The notes under the pieces: model-generated
Told to the model about the DNA's origin: nothing
Database searches by the model: none
What the model saw: the letters and a program-made list of their open reading frames with translations, nothing else
In this document: piece after piece, positions 21,018-30,840 of the stretch
Layout of the letters: every line of letters starts with the position of its first letter
Position numbering within the stretch: the first letter of the stretch is position 1
NCBI GenBank assembly: GCA_965261545.1
Contig: CBDHDF010000007.1
Span: 64,001 to 128,000, forward strand
DNA: 64,000 nt
Origin: Bdellovibrionales bacterium
GTDB taxonomy: Bacteria; Bdellovibrionota; Bdellovibrionia; Bdellovibrionales; UBA1609
Direction: 5' to 3'
Translations under genes and position numbers: made by a program

Positions 21018-22382
21018 ATGCGCCATTTGAAGAAGACACAGTTGGGACTCTTTTCCCAATATCCTAACCACCAACTCAGTACAGAATTGCAGCAAATTAA
21101 TAACATCATTGATCGCCATCCAGAGTTTGCCCATATGGTTCATGAAGACCTTGTTAAAGAAAAGAAAGATTCTGGTGATATTGGTATGACATCGGAGCAA
21201 GTTCTCAAGGTGGCTATTCTTAAATCCATAAGAGGTCTTTCCTATCGTGCGTTAGCCTTTAATCTTGTCGATTCAGTATCCACCAGAGCTTTTCTGGGCC
21301 TTGAATTGGAAGAAAATTACGCTCACTCCACCTTACAGGACTTGATTGTTCAAATAAGTGAAGAAACTTGGGGAATTATTAGCGCCTCTTTAGTTTCAGA
21401 TGCAAGAGATCAAAAGATTGAGCCGTGTAAGAAAATGAGATTGGACAGTACAGTGACGAAATCAAATATTCATCATCCAACGGATGCATCGCTTTTATAT
21501 GACTGCATAAGAGTTACAGAAAGAGAATTTAAAAAAGTTCGTAAAAATGTCATGAAAGATTTTTGGCGACTTATTTCAAGAGAAGATCTTAAGAGAGCAA
21601 AAACCTTGCTTTACAAAATTAATAATTCCAAAAATGATGCGGAAAGACTACCTTGCTATAAGGAGCTTTTAAAAATCGCTACCAAATTGAACAAAGGATT
21701 ACCTGATACCATCAGAAAGATAAAAAAAGAACAAAAATGTGTGAAGATGAATGCTTTGAAAAAGAGTCTAAAACAGTTAGAAAATGTTGCCTTCTACCTG
21801 GAAAAAATCATCTTTCAAACTCAAAAAAGAGTTATTGAGGGGAAAAAAGTATCTTCTGAAAAAAAGGTCCTATCCATCTTTGAACCGCATACAGACATTA
21901 TTGTAAAGGGGCAAAGAGAAGTCGAGTTTGGGCATAAAATCTTTCTGACCTCAGGGCAAAGCAACATGATTTTAGATTGTCAGATCCCTGATGGCAACCC
22001 CGCAGACTCTGATATGTTTTTAAAAGTTATGAATTCAGTGACACAAACCTATGGGGCTTGCCCTGTAAAAGTAAGTGCAGATGGTGGGTTTGCTTCAAAA
22101 GAAAATCTTGAAGAGGCCAAAGAGATGGGGGCTAAAGATGTTTGCTTCCCAGAAAAAAAAGGAATGAAAATATTAAAGATGGTTAAAAGTGCTTGGGTCT
22201 TTAAAAATCTTCTCAATTGGAGAGCCGGAATAGAGGCTGTTATTTCATTCCTTAAGAGATGTTTTGGTATGAGAGTTGCTTACTGGAAAGGGCATGATGG
22301 TTTTAAGAGGTATGTAAAGAATGCCGTTTGTGCCTATAATTTTGTTGTCTTGGCAAGACATGAATTATCAACTGTCACCTAA
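21018..22382 (+). CDS. ISNCY-type DDE transposase
   Basis: RLDSTV..SNIHHPTD, SIFEPHTDII.KG, SADGGF and WRAGIEAVISFLKR motifs. Confidence 0.9.
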   Translation: MRHLKKTQLGLFSQYPNHQLSTELQQINNIIDRHPEFAHMVHEDLVKEKKDSGDIGMTSEQVLKVAILKSIRGLSYRALAFNLVDSVSTRAFLGLELEENYAHSTLQDLIVQISEETWGIISASLVSDARDQKIEPCKKMRLDSTVTKSNIHHPTDASLLYDCIRVTEREFKKVRKNVMKDFWRLISREDLKRAKTLLYKINNSKNDAERLPCYKELLKIATKLNKGLPDTIRKIKKEQKCVKMNALKKSLKQLENVAFYLEKIIFQTQKRVIEGKKVSSEKKVLSIFEPHTDIIVKGQREVEFGHKIFLTSGQSNMILDCQIPDGNPADSDMFLKVMNSVTQTYGACPVKVSADGGFASKENLEEAKEMGAKDVCFPEKKGMKILKMVKSAWVFKNLLNWRAGIEAVISFLKRCFGMRVAYWKGHDGFKRYVKNAVCAYNFVVLARHELSTVT

Positions 22383-22540
22383 ATTTATCCATTAGGAATA
22401 ACAGCAATGGACCAGGTCGAAGGTGCTAAAATCTTCCAAAGGTAGGGGTGCGTCTTCAAATCGAAAAAACTAGGGCGCAAGTCGCTTAAAGACCTTTTTC
22501 CCCTTAATCTGTAGAGTTTGTGTGGCAAATCTCCAACTCT

Positions 22541-22580
22541 CACTCCCCCATTGAGGCATTGGGAGGCTCAATGGGGAGTG
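22541..22580. terminator. GC-rich hairpin near the ISNCY 3' end (also at 46520-46559)
   Basis: CACTCCCC(C)ATTGAG ... CTCAATGGGGAGTG; terminator role not shown. Confidence 0.5.
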
Positions 22581-23147
22581 TCAGAGAACAAAAAATGGGC
22601 CTTTCTGGACAGAAACTAAATAATATCCACATGACTCCTCCTTTCTGTTAGAAAAAAAGAAGGTGATAAAACTAGAGCCTTGGGATTTTGCCATAAATTC
22701 TAAAGCGAAAATAGGTCAACTTACTATACGTCCATACACTCAGAGTGCAGGTACATGCGTGGGTTCGATCCAAAGCTCAAGACCATGTTACTTCACGGAA
22801 TTAAAATTACCAATCTATTCAACGGCCACTCATCTTATCACCTTCCAATAATGTTATTGCTTTATCCTTTATTGTATCGGAATCATACATGACAAAAATA
22901 CCATCAAAAGTCCAGAGTAACTAAAAGAGGCCAATTATATAGACCAGCGAAGCTGTCCACCGAGTTGCTTCGTGCAAAGAAGTGGGGGCCTAGATAAGAT
23001 TCATGGGCGTGGGTGGGGAAGCAAGGCGCCCCCATGAATGTTACTTCAAATGATAGGTAGTTTTGAGAGTAATAGCATAACTCTCTACGATAGGCTTTAT
23101 TTATCTACAGAGATTATTAAGGCCCATGCTCAAGCCAGTAACTTCTT

Positions 23148-25060
23148 CCCGAGTTTGACAGCAGCATCTGCGTCAAACGAATGATATTAAAGGATTAACG
23201 CATATAGTTGTATTTTGTTTATCCACACTTGTGGGCATTAAGGATTCTGGGAGGGATGGGGACGCCTGCGGCTTTAAATAAGGAGTTGGCATTGCCAGTG
23301 ATATCTGTGCGGGTCCAAATGACTTGATCACGAATTTTAACAGGGATAGCCCTAACTTCCTTGAGTTCCCTCATGGCCTCTACAACAGTTAAAGGTCGCT
23401 CTTTAACATGACCAATGCCTATGGCTGGGCTTTTTAGGTTCATCTTCTTATCTCTTAAACATTTTGTAAGGTGGGCCTCACAAAGATAAGTTAAAAAGCA
23501 TAGAGTTAAATGTCCAATAATCCTCTGGTCTGTCCAATGGAAAACAGGACGTGTTTTCAAAGTCCCTTTTAACTCACCAAAAGCATCTTCAATTTTCCAC
23601 AATTCTTTGTAGTTGATAATAATCTCATCTGCCGTCAAGTCTTTGACATTTGTAAGGACGGCAAAAAAACCATCAATTTTTTCATCTAATTCTATTTGTT
23701 CTGCATTTAATTCAGGTTTTTTATTTTTGTCGTCAGCCATCTTTACATATTTCTTATAACCTTTATTGGAAACAAAAGTACTAGACTGAACACCTTTAGA
23801 AGATAGTTTTCCTTCGATCTTTTCAAGAAGGGATTCTCTAGATTTTTTATCCCTCTCTGCTCTTTTCCTAGACCAAGTCACAATACATCTATGCCCCCCA
23901 TGGTCTGTTTCGTAAACAGCAAGCTCATTCTCATATACCCAGCTAAAACGATTTAAATCATAGACCTCTTGTTTCTTTTCTTTTTTTAAAGATCCAAGCT
24001 TCATACCAACAATAAACTCGCTTTGATCCTCACTGAGTTTGTCAGTATTAGCCTTTGATAAAAGCCCCCTATCAGCCACAAAAATGAAACGGCGTACATT
24101 AAACTTTTTTCTCATTTTATCAACAATATCTGAAAGCGTCTTGCCTTCAAAAGTATTACCAGGGAAAACCTCAAAACCTAAAGGGATGCCATCCCGATTC
24201 ACCAACAAACCAAAGACAACTTGGGTGCAGTCTGATCGTCTCTCTTTACTATAGCCAAATTGACGAAGTTTCCCTAAGTCTGTTCTTGTACTCTCGAAGC
24301 GTAAGGTTGTTAAATCATACAACACAATGTCTACTTGGAAATTAAATAAATCTCGCCCCACCCAATAAAGCGAGTTCTCTATTTCATCCTTATGGGAGGC
24401 AAGTAAGTCCATAGACCGATAAATATGCTGGAGACTCAAATCACCCTTAATCATGTCTGGGTAAAAAGATTTTTGCCAATACTCAAAAACCTTTAACTTG
24501 GAACTAGGAGCAATAAATCGGCTGGCAACTAAGGTAAAAATCACCTTACATAAATCAAATTGAACTTTCTCATGAGAATCTTTTATGTCTTTGAGGGTCT
24601 TATTGATACCCAGTTGATCAAACAACTTTTGTAAAATCAGCAAGGGACCCAAAATGAAAGTCTCTTCGATGTAAAGCTCCTTAGCCAATTGACTCACAGT
24701 GAGAAGCTCTCGGTGGCGGGATACGGCCTGCGCCAAACTATTAATCTTATCCTCTCCTCCTTCTCCAGCCTTACCTAAGGACATGAGCATGCGTTTTTTG
24801 GATTTGCCTTTTTCTCTGTAGGACTCCACAAGGTGGTAGTAGCACTGACCTTTTGAGTTTTTAGTCGTTTGGATGTACATGAGGATATTTTCTACATATT
24901 TCTATGATATATCAATATTTAAAACGATAAAATCCTATTTTGTTTTCTACACTTTTTTTACGTCAATTTTAATTTTTCCAGCAGCTACCATTATATTTCA
25001 GTACAACCCCAATTTCTGGAAATTTCGCATTTTAACGCAGATGCTGCTGTCAAACTCGGG
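23148..25060 (-). mobile_element. IS1634-family element, copy 2 (1913 bp)
   Basis: Same TIRs as copy 1; 145-bp direct repeat at 23003-23147 and 25061-25205. Confidence 0.93.
23219..24880 (-). CDS. IS1634-family transposase
   Basis: Near-identical to 17801-19462. Confidence 0.92.
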   Translation of the reverse strand: MYIQTTKNSKGQCYYHLVESYREKGKSKKRMLMSLGKAGEGGEDKINSLAQAVSRHRELLTVSQLAKELYIEETFILGPLLILQKLFDQLGINKTLKDIKDSHEKVQFDLCKVIFTLVASRFIAPSSKLKVFEYWQKSFYPDMIKGDLSLQHIYRSMDLLASHKDEIENSLYWVGRDLFNFQVDIVLYDLTTLRFESTRTDLGKLRQFGYSKERRSDCTQVVFGLLVNRDGIPLGFEVFPGNTFEGKTLSDIVDKMRKKFNVRRFIFVADRGLLSKANTDKLSEDQSEFIVGMKLGSLKKEKKQEVYDLNRFSWVYENELAVYETDHGGHRCIVTWSRKRAERDKKSRESLLEKIEGKLSSKGVQSSTFVSNKGYKKYVKMADDKNKKPELNAEQIELDEKIDGFFAVLTNVKDLTADEIIINYKELWKIEDAFGELKGTLKTRPVFHWTDQRIIGHLTLCFLTYLCEAHLTKCLRDKKMNLKSPAIGIGHVKERPLTVVEAMRELKEVRAIPVKIRDQVIWTRTDITGNANSLFKAAGVPIPPRILNAHKCG

Positions 25061-25102
25061 ATGGGCGTGGGTGGGGAAGCAAGGCGCCCCCATGAATGTT
25101 AC

Positions 25103-25840
25103 TTCAAATGATAGGTAGTTTTGAGAGTAATAGCATAACTCTCTACGATAGGCTTTATTTATCTACAGAGATTATTAAGGCCCATGCTCAAGCCAGTAAC
25201 TTCTTTATTGCGCGTTGTAAGCGAGGCTCTACTTTTATCCCCATCGTAAATTTATTTAATGGCCCAGGTTGGTATTCACAAATGGTTATTGAGGGGGTGG
25301 TCATTCATCTCTATAAGTATAAAAACCCAAAGACTGGGGAGTTCTCTGTTTTGGCCACTAATCTTCCGCATGGCTCCTTGGACAAGAAGGATATGGTTGC
25401 TCTTTACTCTCGTCGTTGGGAAATAGAAACGACATTTCGTGATTTTACATCGACAATGAAAATGGAGCAGTGGCACTCAACAAGCCTTAATGGAATATTG
25501 CAAGAGCTGTATTCTTATTTTTGGCTCTTCAATTATACAAAGATTCAAATGAGCATAAATGAGGATGAAGACAGTGTGAATCAGTTGGTAAAAAATGACT
25601 ACAAAAAACCTAACTTTAAACTGATTCTTGATTTCATAATGGATAGCATCCCCCTTTTTGTTGCGGGGCTCTATCAGAAATTTAGGAAGCAGATAAAGTT
25701 GCTGATGAAGATTTCAATGGAGAAGAGGAGGCACTTCAAAAGAAGCTATGAAAGGTCTATCAAAAGGGCTGGGAGTTCTTTTAAAAGAAATAGCTTAACG
25801 CAGAGGCAGAGGGGTGTGGTGGCTTAAGGAAACGGCATTG
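25103..25840 (+). pseudogene. IS4-family copy C, 3' half only (first 103 bp also duplicated at 23045-23147)
   Basis: Matches IS4 copies from TTCAAATGATAGG to the TIR at 25840; fused to the IS110 left end. Confidence 0.9.
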
Positions 25841-25921
25841 ACCCCTGACTGAATCTCTTTGATCGACACAGGATGCTACTCCCCGATGGGGATGCTCTCT
25901 ACCGCATCAAACTCTATTGTT

Positions 25922-28753
25922 CTATTGCCAAGGGCAATGAGACCCCACAAGACTTAGACAGGGGGTAAATGAGAATATCTCACTGGCAAGTTGTTGAATG
26001 TCCTTGGCACTTACAGAGGCCAGCTTGTCTCGGAAGTAAAAGGCTTCATCATAGGGCAAGCCATAGATTTCGTTAAAAATCATAGCTGAGGCTGTGGAAG
26101 AATTTCTTTGAAGTTCGATATCGTGTTTACCAATAAGATACTTTCTAGAGCGATCAAGCTCATTCTGAGACACCTTATTTTCAGCCAACTTAGCAAACTC
26201 TTTTTTCATCATAAGAACCGCCGTCTCTACTTTTTCGGGAGAGCAGCCTATGTATCCACCAAAATAGCCAGCATCTATACCATCAAGACGTAGAGGTGAA
26301 ACAGTATACGCCAAAGATGCCTTATCTCTCAGTTCAATAAACAGACGGCCCCCTTGCCCTGATAAAAGAGCCTGAATGACTTCCAAGGTGTAACGCCGAG
26401 GGTCTTGAAAAGTAAGACCTGGATAAATTAAGGCGAGATGAGATTGTTCTTTTGTAGACTCCATAAACAACTTCAAGGGTTTGGTGGGGTACTGATAAGA
26501 GAATTTTTCGCTGTAGGATATTCCAGAAGGATTTGCTTCAGAAGGATTCTTTCCAGAAAGATTTTCTTTAGAATTTTCCATCTGTTGCGTTGATTTCTCT
26601 TTCCACAGCTCTGTGACTTGATTCAAAGAATTGATAACGGCATCCCGGTCAACAATATCTCCCACAACGGCAATACAAAGGTCTTTGACATTTGTCGACC
26701 GATAAAAGAAACTCCTTAACTTTTCTGTGTCAAGAGCCTTCACTGTGGATTCACTCCCACAAAAATCTTTGGCATAGGGGTGTCCCTTAAATAGATGATC
26801 GTGGAGATTTCGAAAACATTCCTGGGCCGGATGGTCAGACCTTGTTTTTACCACCTCTAGCATCATGGATTTTTCTCTTTCCACAGCCTTGCCGCTAAAA
26901 AGAGGTTCCGTGAGAACCTCCCTAAAGAGGTTATACATGGGATCCCAAAAGGGTGAAAGAGTGGTCATAGAGAGGCCGACAGTGTTTCTTCCACCAAATG
27001 CATGGATATTTGAAGCCATGTGATCCATTTTAGCGTACATAGTGGTCTCATCTGTGCTTTCCGTGCCAGCGGACCAAACTCTTGACAATAGGTTTGTGAT
27101 ACCTGTTTCAGTCTCCTTTTCAGCTCTTAAGCCACCAAGAAAGGCGCACTTCATGTTGATGACGGGAGTTTCATCACTGGGTTTTAATATGAGCCTTGCC
27201 CCGGATGTTAGCGTGATTCTTTCTACATTCGACAAAGCTTTGGGAAAAGAATTTGCCTGACCTTGCTTTTGTTGTTTGCTTTTGGGTCTTGGCCACTGGA
27301 TTTTTATTTCTTCTGAATTTATCTTTGAAGAAGCTTTAGAAGCAGACTCAGAAGAAGATGTAGAAGAAATCTTTGAATTTAAAGAGGGATTTAAAGAAAG
27401 GCTCTGTTGATAGTTTTGGCGGAATTTTTTTATCCATTGTTGAGATATCTCTTTATAAGCGAGACCTTCATGATTATCAGCGATATCTTCATGGTTATGA
27501 TTGTTGTTATGACTATGGCTATCCTTGTTAGGTCCGACAAGAACAAAGTTGAGGGTTTCGGGTCTGATATATTCTTTAAAAACCCTCAATAAATCGAAAT
27601 AGGTGATCTCCTGAACCTGCCTTAAATATTTTGCATGGTACTGGTGATCGCCAAACATTTGTTGATAGAAGCCCGCCTTTCTTGCCAATCCATCCACAGT
27701 TTCCATGGAAAAGAACTCTTCGCTTTGAAGGCCAACAATGGCTTTTGCTATTTCGGACTCCGTCGGAGGGTGGGCGAGAAGACCTTTTAGCTCTTCGAGG
27801 AGAATATCTAGGGTTTCATTTATTTTTTCTTTCTTTAAAGAGACTGAAATGGAGAAAAAGCCTGGGTCCATGGCAACAAAGAGACCTGAGTGGACGTAAT
27901 TGACCAAGGGCCTTTGAATGCGAAGAGATTGAGTGAGCCGAGAACTGTCTCCCTGGGCAAGAACCATGGAGAGAACCTCTAGGGGAGGGATGTCTTTGTG
28001 TCTCACGCTGGGAATGCGCCATGCCAAGTGAAGAGTCGTCTCTTTAAACCTTGAGTCCAGGACTTCAATGCGAGACTCTTTCTGGGAAGGTTCAACTTTT
28101 CTTTGAACTCTTTTGAGTTTGTGGGGCTTCAATTCTCCAAAGTACTTCTCCACTTGGCCCTTCATGTGTTCTGAGTTAAAGTCGCCAACAACAAGCAAGG
28201 TCATATTGTGAGGCACGTATCTGGATTGAAAGTATTGAACCAGTTTTTCTCTTTGGATGTTTGTAATGACTTGCTCCTGACCGATGATAGGTTGACCATA
28301 GGGGTGGTCCTTATAAAGGGAGGCAAACAAAGATTGACTGGCGTGACGATGGGGGTCATCAAGAGTTCTTTTTATCTCTTCAAGAACCACTTCTCGCTCG
28401 CTATCGATCTCATGAGTCTCAAAGCGTGGAAACCCCATCATTTCACAAATAACCTCCAAGCCCGCTTCGATAAAATCCTTGGAAATAGTGACATAAAACA
28501 CTGTTTCATCAAAGGATGTGTAGGCATTGAGTTGTCCTCCCGCACTTTCTACAGCATTGGCAATATCGCCCACACCAAATTTTTTTGTTCCCTTAAATAC
28601 AAGGTGCTCAATAAAGTGACTGATTCCTTCCAGCCCCTCCTGCTCATCGGCACTTCCTGTTTTGACCCACATTTGAATGGAGACGACAGGAGATTTGTGA
28701 CTTTCAATGATGAGGACCGGCAGCCCATTTTTTAATTGAATTTCTTGTGTCAT
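25922..28753 (-). CDS. M16-family zinc protease (PqqL-like, two fused halves)
   Basis: HFIEH inverted zinc motif, NAYTS and LFIELRDK..LAYTV motifs. Confidence 0.93.
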   Translation of the reverse strand: MTQEIQLKNGLPVLIIESHKSPVVSIQMWVKTGSADEQEGLEGISHFIEHLVFKGTKKFGVGDIANAVESAGGQLNAYTSFDETVFYVTISKDFIEAGLEVICEMMGFPRFETHEIDSEREVVLEEIKRTLDDPHRHASQSLFASLYKDHPYGQPIIGQEQVITNIQREKLVQYFQSRYVPHNMTLLVVGDFNSEHMKGQVEKYFGELKPHKLKRVQRKVEPSQKESRIEVLDSRFKETTLHLAWRIPSVRHKDIPPLEVLSMVLAQGDSSRLTQSLRIQRPLVNYVHSGLFVAMDPGFFSISVSLKKEKINETLDILLEELKGLLAHPPTESEIAKAIVGLQSEEFFSMETVDGLARKAGFYQQMFGDHQYHAKYLRQVQEITYFDLLRVFKEYIRPETLNFVLVGPNKDSHSHNNNHNHEDIADNHEGLAYKEISQQWIKKFRQNYQQSLSLNPSLNSKISSTSSSESASKASSKINSEEIKIQWPRPKSKQQKQGQANSFPKALSNVERITLTSGARLILKPSDETPVINMKCAFLGGLRAEKETETGITNLLSRVWSAGTESTDETTMYAKMDHMASNIHAFGGRNTVGLSMTTLSPFWDPMYNLFREVLTEPLFSGKAVEREKSMMLEVVKTRSDHPAQECFRNLHDHLFKGHPYAKDFCGSESTVKALDTEKLRSFFYRSTNVKDLCIAVVGDIVDRDAVINSLNQVTELWKEKSTQQMENSKENLSGKNPSEANPSGISYSEKFSYQYPTKPLKLFMESTKEQSHLALIYPGLTFQDPRRYTLEVIQALLSGQGGRLFIELRDKASLAYTVSPLRLDGIDAGYFGGYIGCSPEKVETAVLMMKKEFAKLAENKVSQNELDRSRKYLIGKHDIELQRNSSTASAMIFNEIYGLPYDEAFYFRDKLASVSAKDIQQLASEIFSFTPCLSLVGSHCPWQ

Positions 28754-28770
28754 AGTTTAAAACCCTTCTT

Positions 28771-29919
28771 ATGGCTTGTGGAGTTTACGTTCATATTCCC
28801 TATTGCATTCAGCGTTGTCATTACTGCGATTTTACGACCTTTGAGCAAAGCCAGCTGATGCCCCCTAAAGACTATATCTCTTTGATTATCCAGGAAATTC
28901 GCTTGCGTGCCTCAATGATCCCCAGCAAACTCATGGAGTCCATTTACTTTGGCGGGGGAACTCCAAGCCTCATGCCTGCCGAGTTCATTCTATCTATTAT
29001 TGAAGAGCTTGCAAGCCATGGTTTTCAAAGGGGACCAGAATGTGAGGTCACAATTGAAATCAACCCAGCTACCATTGATGAAAAAAAGCTCCAAACCTAT
29101 TTAGAGGGAGGTATCAATCGCTTTAGTCTAGGGGCTCAATCTTTTAGCGAGACTCGGCTTAAAGCCTGTGGTCGTGAACATAGCGTTCAGCAAACGCGAG
29201 ACACACTGGAGTTGCTGAAAGCCCATGTGAAAAACTTTTCCTTGGATATCCTGTTTGCCCTTCCTCACCAGAGTCTCAATGAGTTGAAGATAGATTTAGA
29301 GGAGGTGCGCCAAGTCAACCCTCCCCATGTCAGCCCCTATCTTCTCACGGTTCCGAAGGGGCACCCCATGTCACGGGGAAGGCCCCCCGAAGGAGAACAG
29401 GTGGCGATGTTTCATCTTATAGAGTCTGTGCTGGGTGATATGGGACTTCAAAAATATGAACTCTCTAACTTTTCTAGGCCACACTTTGAATCCGTTCACA
29501 ATAACACCTACTGGTCGGATGAAAACTATTGGGGCCTTGGGCTCAGTGCCCACTCCTATTTTAGGGAGTGGAAGACTCGTTTTTGGAACCCTAAAACTTG
29601 GCCCGAATACTTAGAGTACCTAAAGTGCCTAAAAGGCATGAAAGGAAAAGGAAGCCACTTTGATAAAAATTACTCGGAGAAATTGAGCGAGGGCGAATAT
29701 GGCTTTGATTTTGTTCATACGGGGCTAAGGCTTTCCAAGGGAGTGGAAAAAAAGAAGTTTTATGAACGACTTGATGTCAAGGTGGCTCATAGCTTGAGCC
29801 AAAAACTCACAGAGCTTGAGGAGAGGGGCTGGGTAATTTCCAATGATTCCACATGGAAACTGACAAAAGAGGGGCAGTTGATGAGCAACCAAGTGTTTGC
29901 TGCACTTCCTATTACTTGA
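28771..29919 (+). CDS. hemW: Radical SAM heme chaperone HemW
   Basis: YVHIPYCIQRCHYCDF, YFGGGTPS, YELSNF and HNNTYW motifs. Confidence 0.92.
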   Translation: MACGVYVHIPYCIQRCHYCDFTTFEQSQLMPPKDYISLIIQEIRLRASMIPSKLMESIYFGGGTPSLMPAEFILSIIEELASHGFQRGPECEVTIEINPATIDEKKLQTYLEGGINRFSLGAQSFSETRLKACGREHSVQQTRDTLELLKAHVKNFSLDILFALPHQSLNELKIDLEEVRQVNPPHVSPYLLTVPKGHPMSRGRPPEGEQVAMFHLIESVLGDMGLQKYELSNFSRPHFESVHNNTYWSDENYWGLGLSAHSYFREWKTRFWNPKTWPEYLEYLKCLKGMKGKGSHFDKNYSEKLSEGEYGFDFVHTGLRLSKGVEKKKFYERLDVKVAHSLSQKLTELEERGWVISNDSTWKLTKEGQLMSNQVFAALPIT

Positions 29920-30108
29920 CGAGTCATCTTCCATGAATAGTGGGTGAAAGCACCTGACAAAACCCAAAGAATGTGCATAGTATGATGACACATGGTGCAT
30001 GCAAGGCACGAGGCTTACCAGTGATGCCACCATGGTGGGGTGGGTGACGGAATGGAGTATTGGAGTACTAAGAAATTCAAGATGAGCTATTGTTAAAGGA
30101 GAGGACCA

Positions 30109-30840
30109 TTGAAGGAGATTGGGAATAAGAAAGATAATAATTCTAACAATTCTAGCAGTTTTAGAAGCTCTAAAGACTCTCTGGAGCCAAAGGTCACCAA
30201 TACACCAAAACCCCAAGAAGTAGGAAACCCAGAGAGGCTGGAATCATTAGAGAAAGAAGAGAATTCACATAAAAATACGCTCGCAAAGGAAAAAAGCTAT
30301 GAAGAGGCTATCACTAAAATTGAAGAGCTTAAGAAAGAACTTCTCTACCTAAAAGCTGAATTTGACAACTATAAGAAACAGTCTATTAAAGAGAGGTCTA
30401 ACCTTATTAAGTACGGTGGAGAAGGCTTGGCTGTGGCCTTGCTAGATATCTTGGATAATTTTGAAAGAGCATCTCAAATAGAGGTGAATATGGAAACCCT
30501 TGAAAGCTTTAAGCAGGGAGTTGAAATGACAGCATCAGGACTTAAGTCAGTTCTTCAAAGCTTTGGCATCGAAGAGGTGAGCAGTCTTCACCAACCTTTT
30601 AACCCCAGCTTCCATGAAGCCATTGGCCAAGAAGAAAGCTCTGAAGTTCCCACAGATCATGTCACTCAAGTTTTTAGAAAGCCCTATAAATTTCACACCA
30701 AAGTTATTCGACCGGGTCAGGTTGTGGTTGCCAAAGAAAGTTCTTCATTGGAAATTTCAATTTCCCCCGAAGCTTCACCCAAAGACTCTAGTGCTGATGC
30801 AAGTATTGATGCAGGTGTTGATACTGATGCAAAGAGGTAA
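30109..30840 (+). CDS. grpE: Nucleotide exchange factor GrpE
   Basis: AEFDNYKK, LLDILDNFERA, FNPSFHEA and IRPGQVVV motifs; GGAGAGG RBS. Confidence 0.93.
   Translation: MKEIGNKKDNNSNNSSSFRSSKDSLEPKVTNTPKPQEVGNPERLESLEKEENSHKNTLAKEKSYEEAITKIEELKKELLYLKAEFDNYKKQSIKERSNLIKYGGEGLAVALLDILDNFERASQIEVNMETLESFKQGVEMTASGLKSVLQSFGIEEVSSLHQPFNPSFHEAIGQEESSEVPTDHVTQVFRKPYKFHTKVIRPGQVVVAKESSSLEISISPEASPKDSSADASIDAGVDTDAKR

Larger units (their letters stand above)
20472..22616 (+). mobile_element. ISNCY/IS5-like element, copy 1 (2145 bp)
   Basis: TIR GTTCCTGTCCAG / CTGGACAGAAAC; 6-bp TSD TAAATA at 20466-20471 and 22617-22622. Confidence 0.9.
17521..23044 (-). mobile_element. IS110 element 5' half, disrupted by IS1634 and ISNCY (pieces 17521-17729, 19643-20471, 22617-23044)
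   Basis: Near-identical to the reverse complement of the 5' part of 52370-54074; left end CCCATGAATGTTAC ends at 23044. Confidence 0.92.

Noticed and set aside
30614..30826. N-terminal extension of the 748-aa ORF
   Set aside because: Overlaps grpE; a lipoprotein-type signal starts at ATG 30827.
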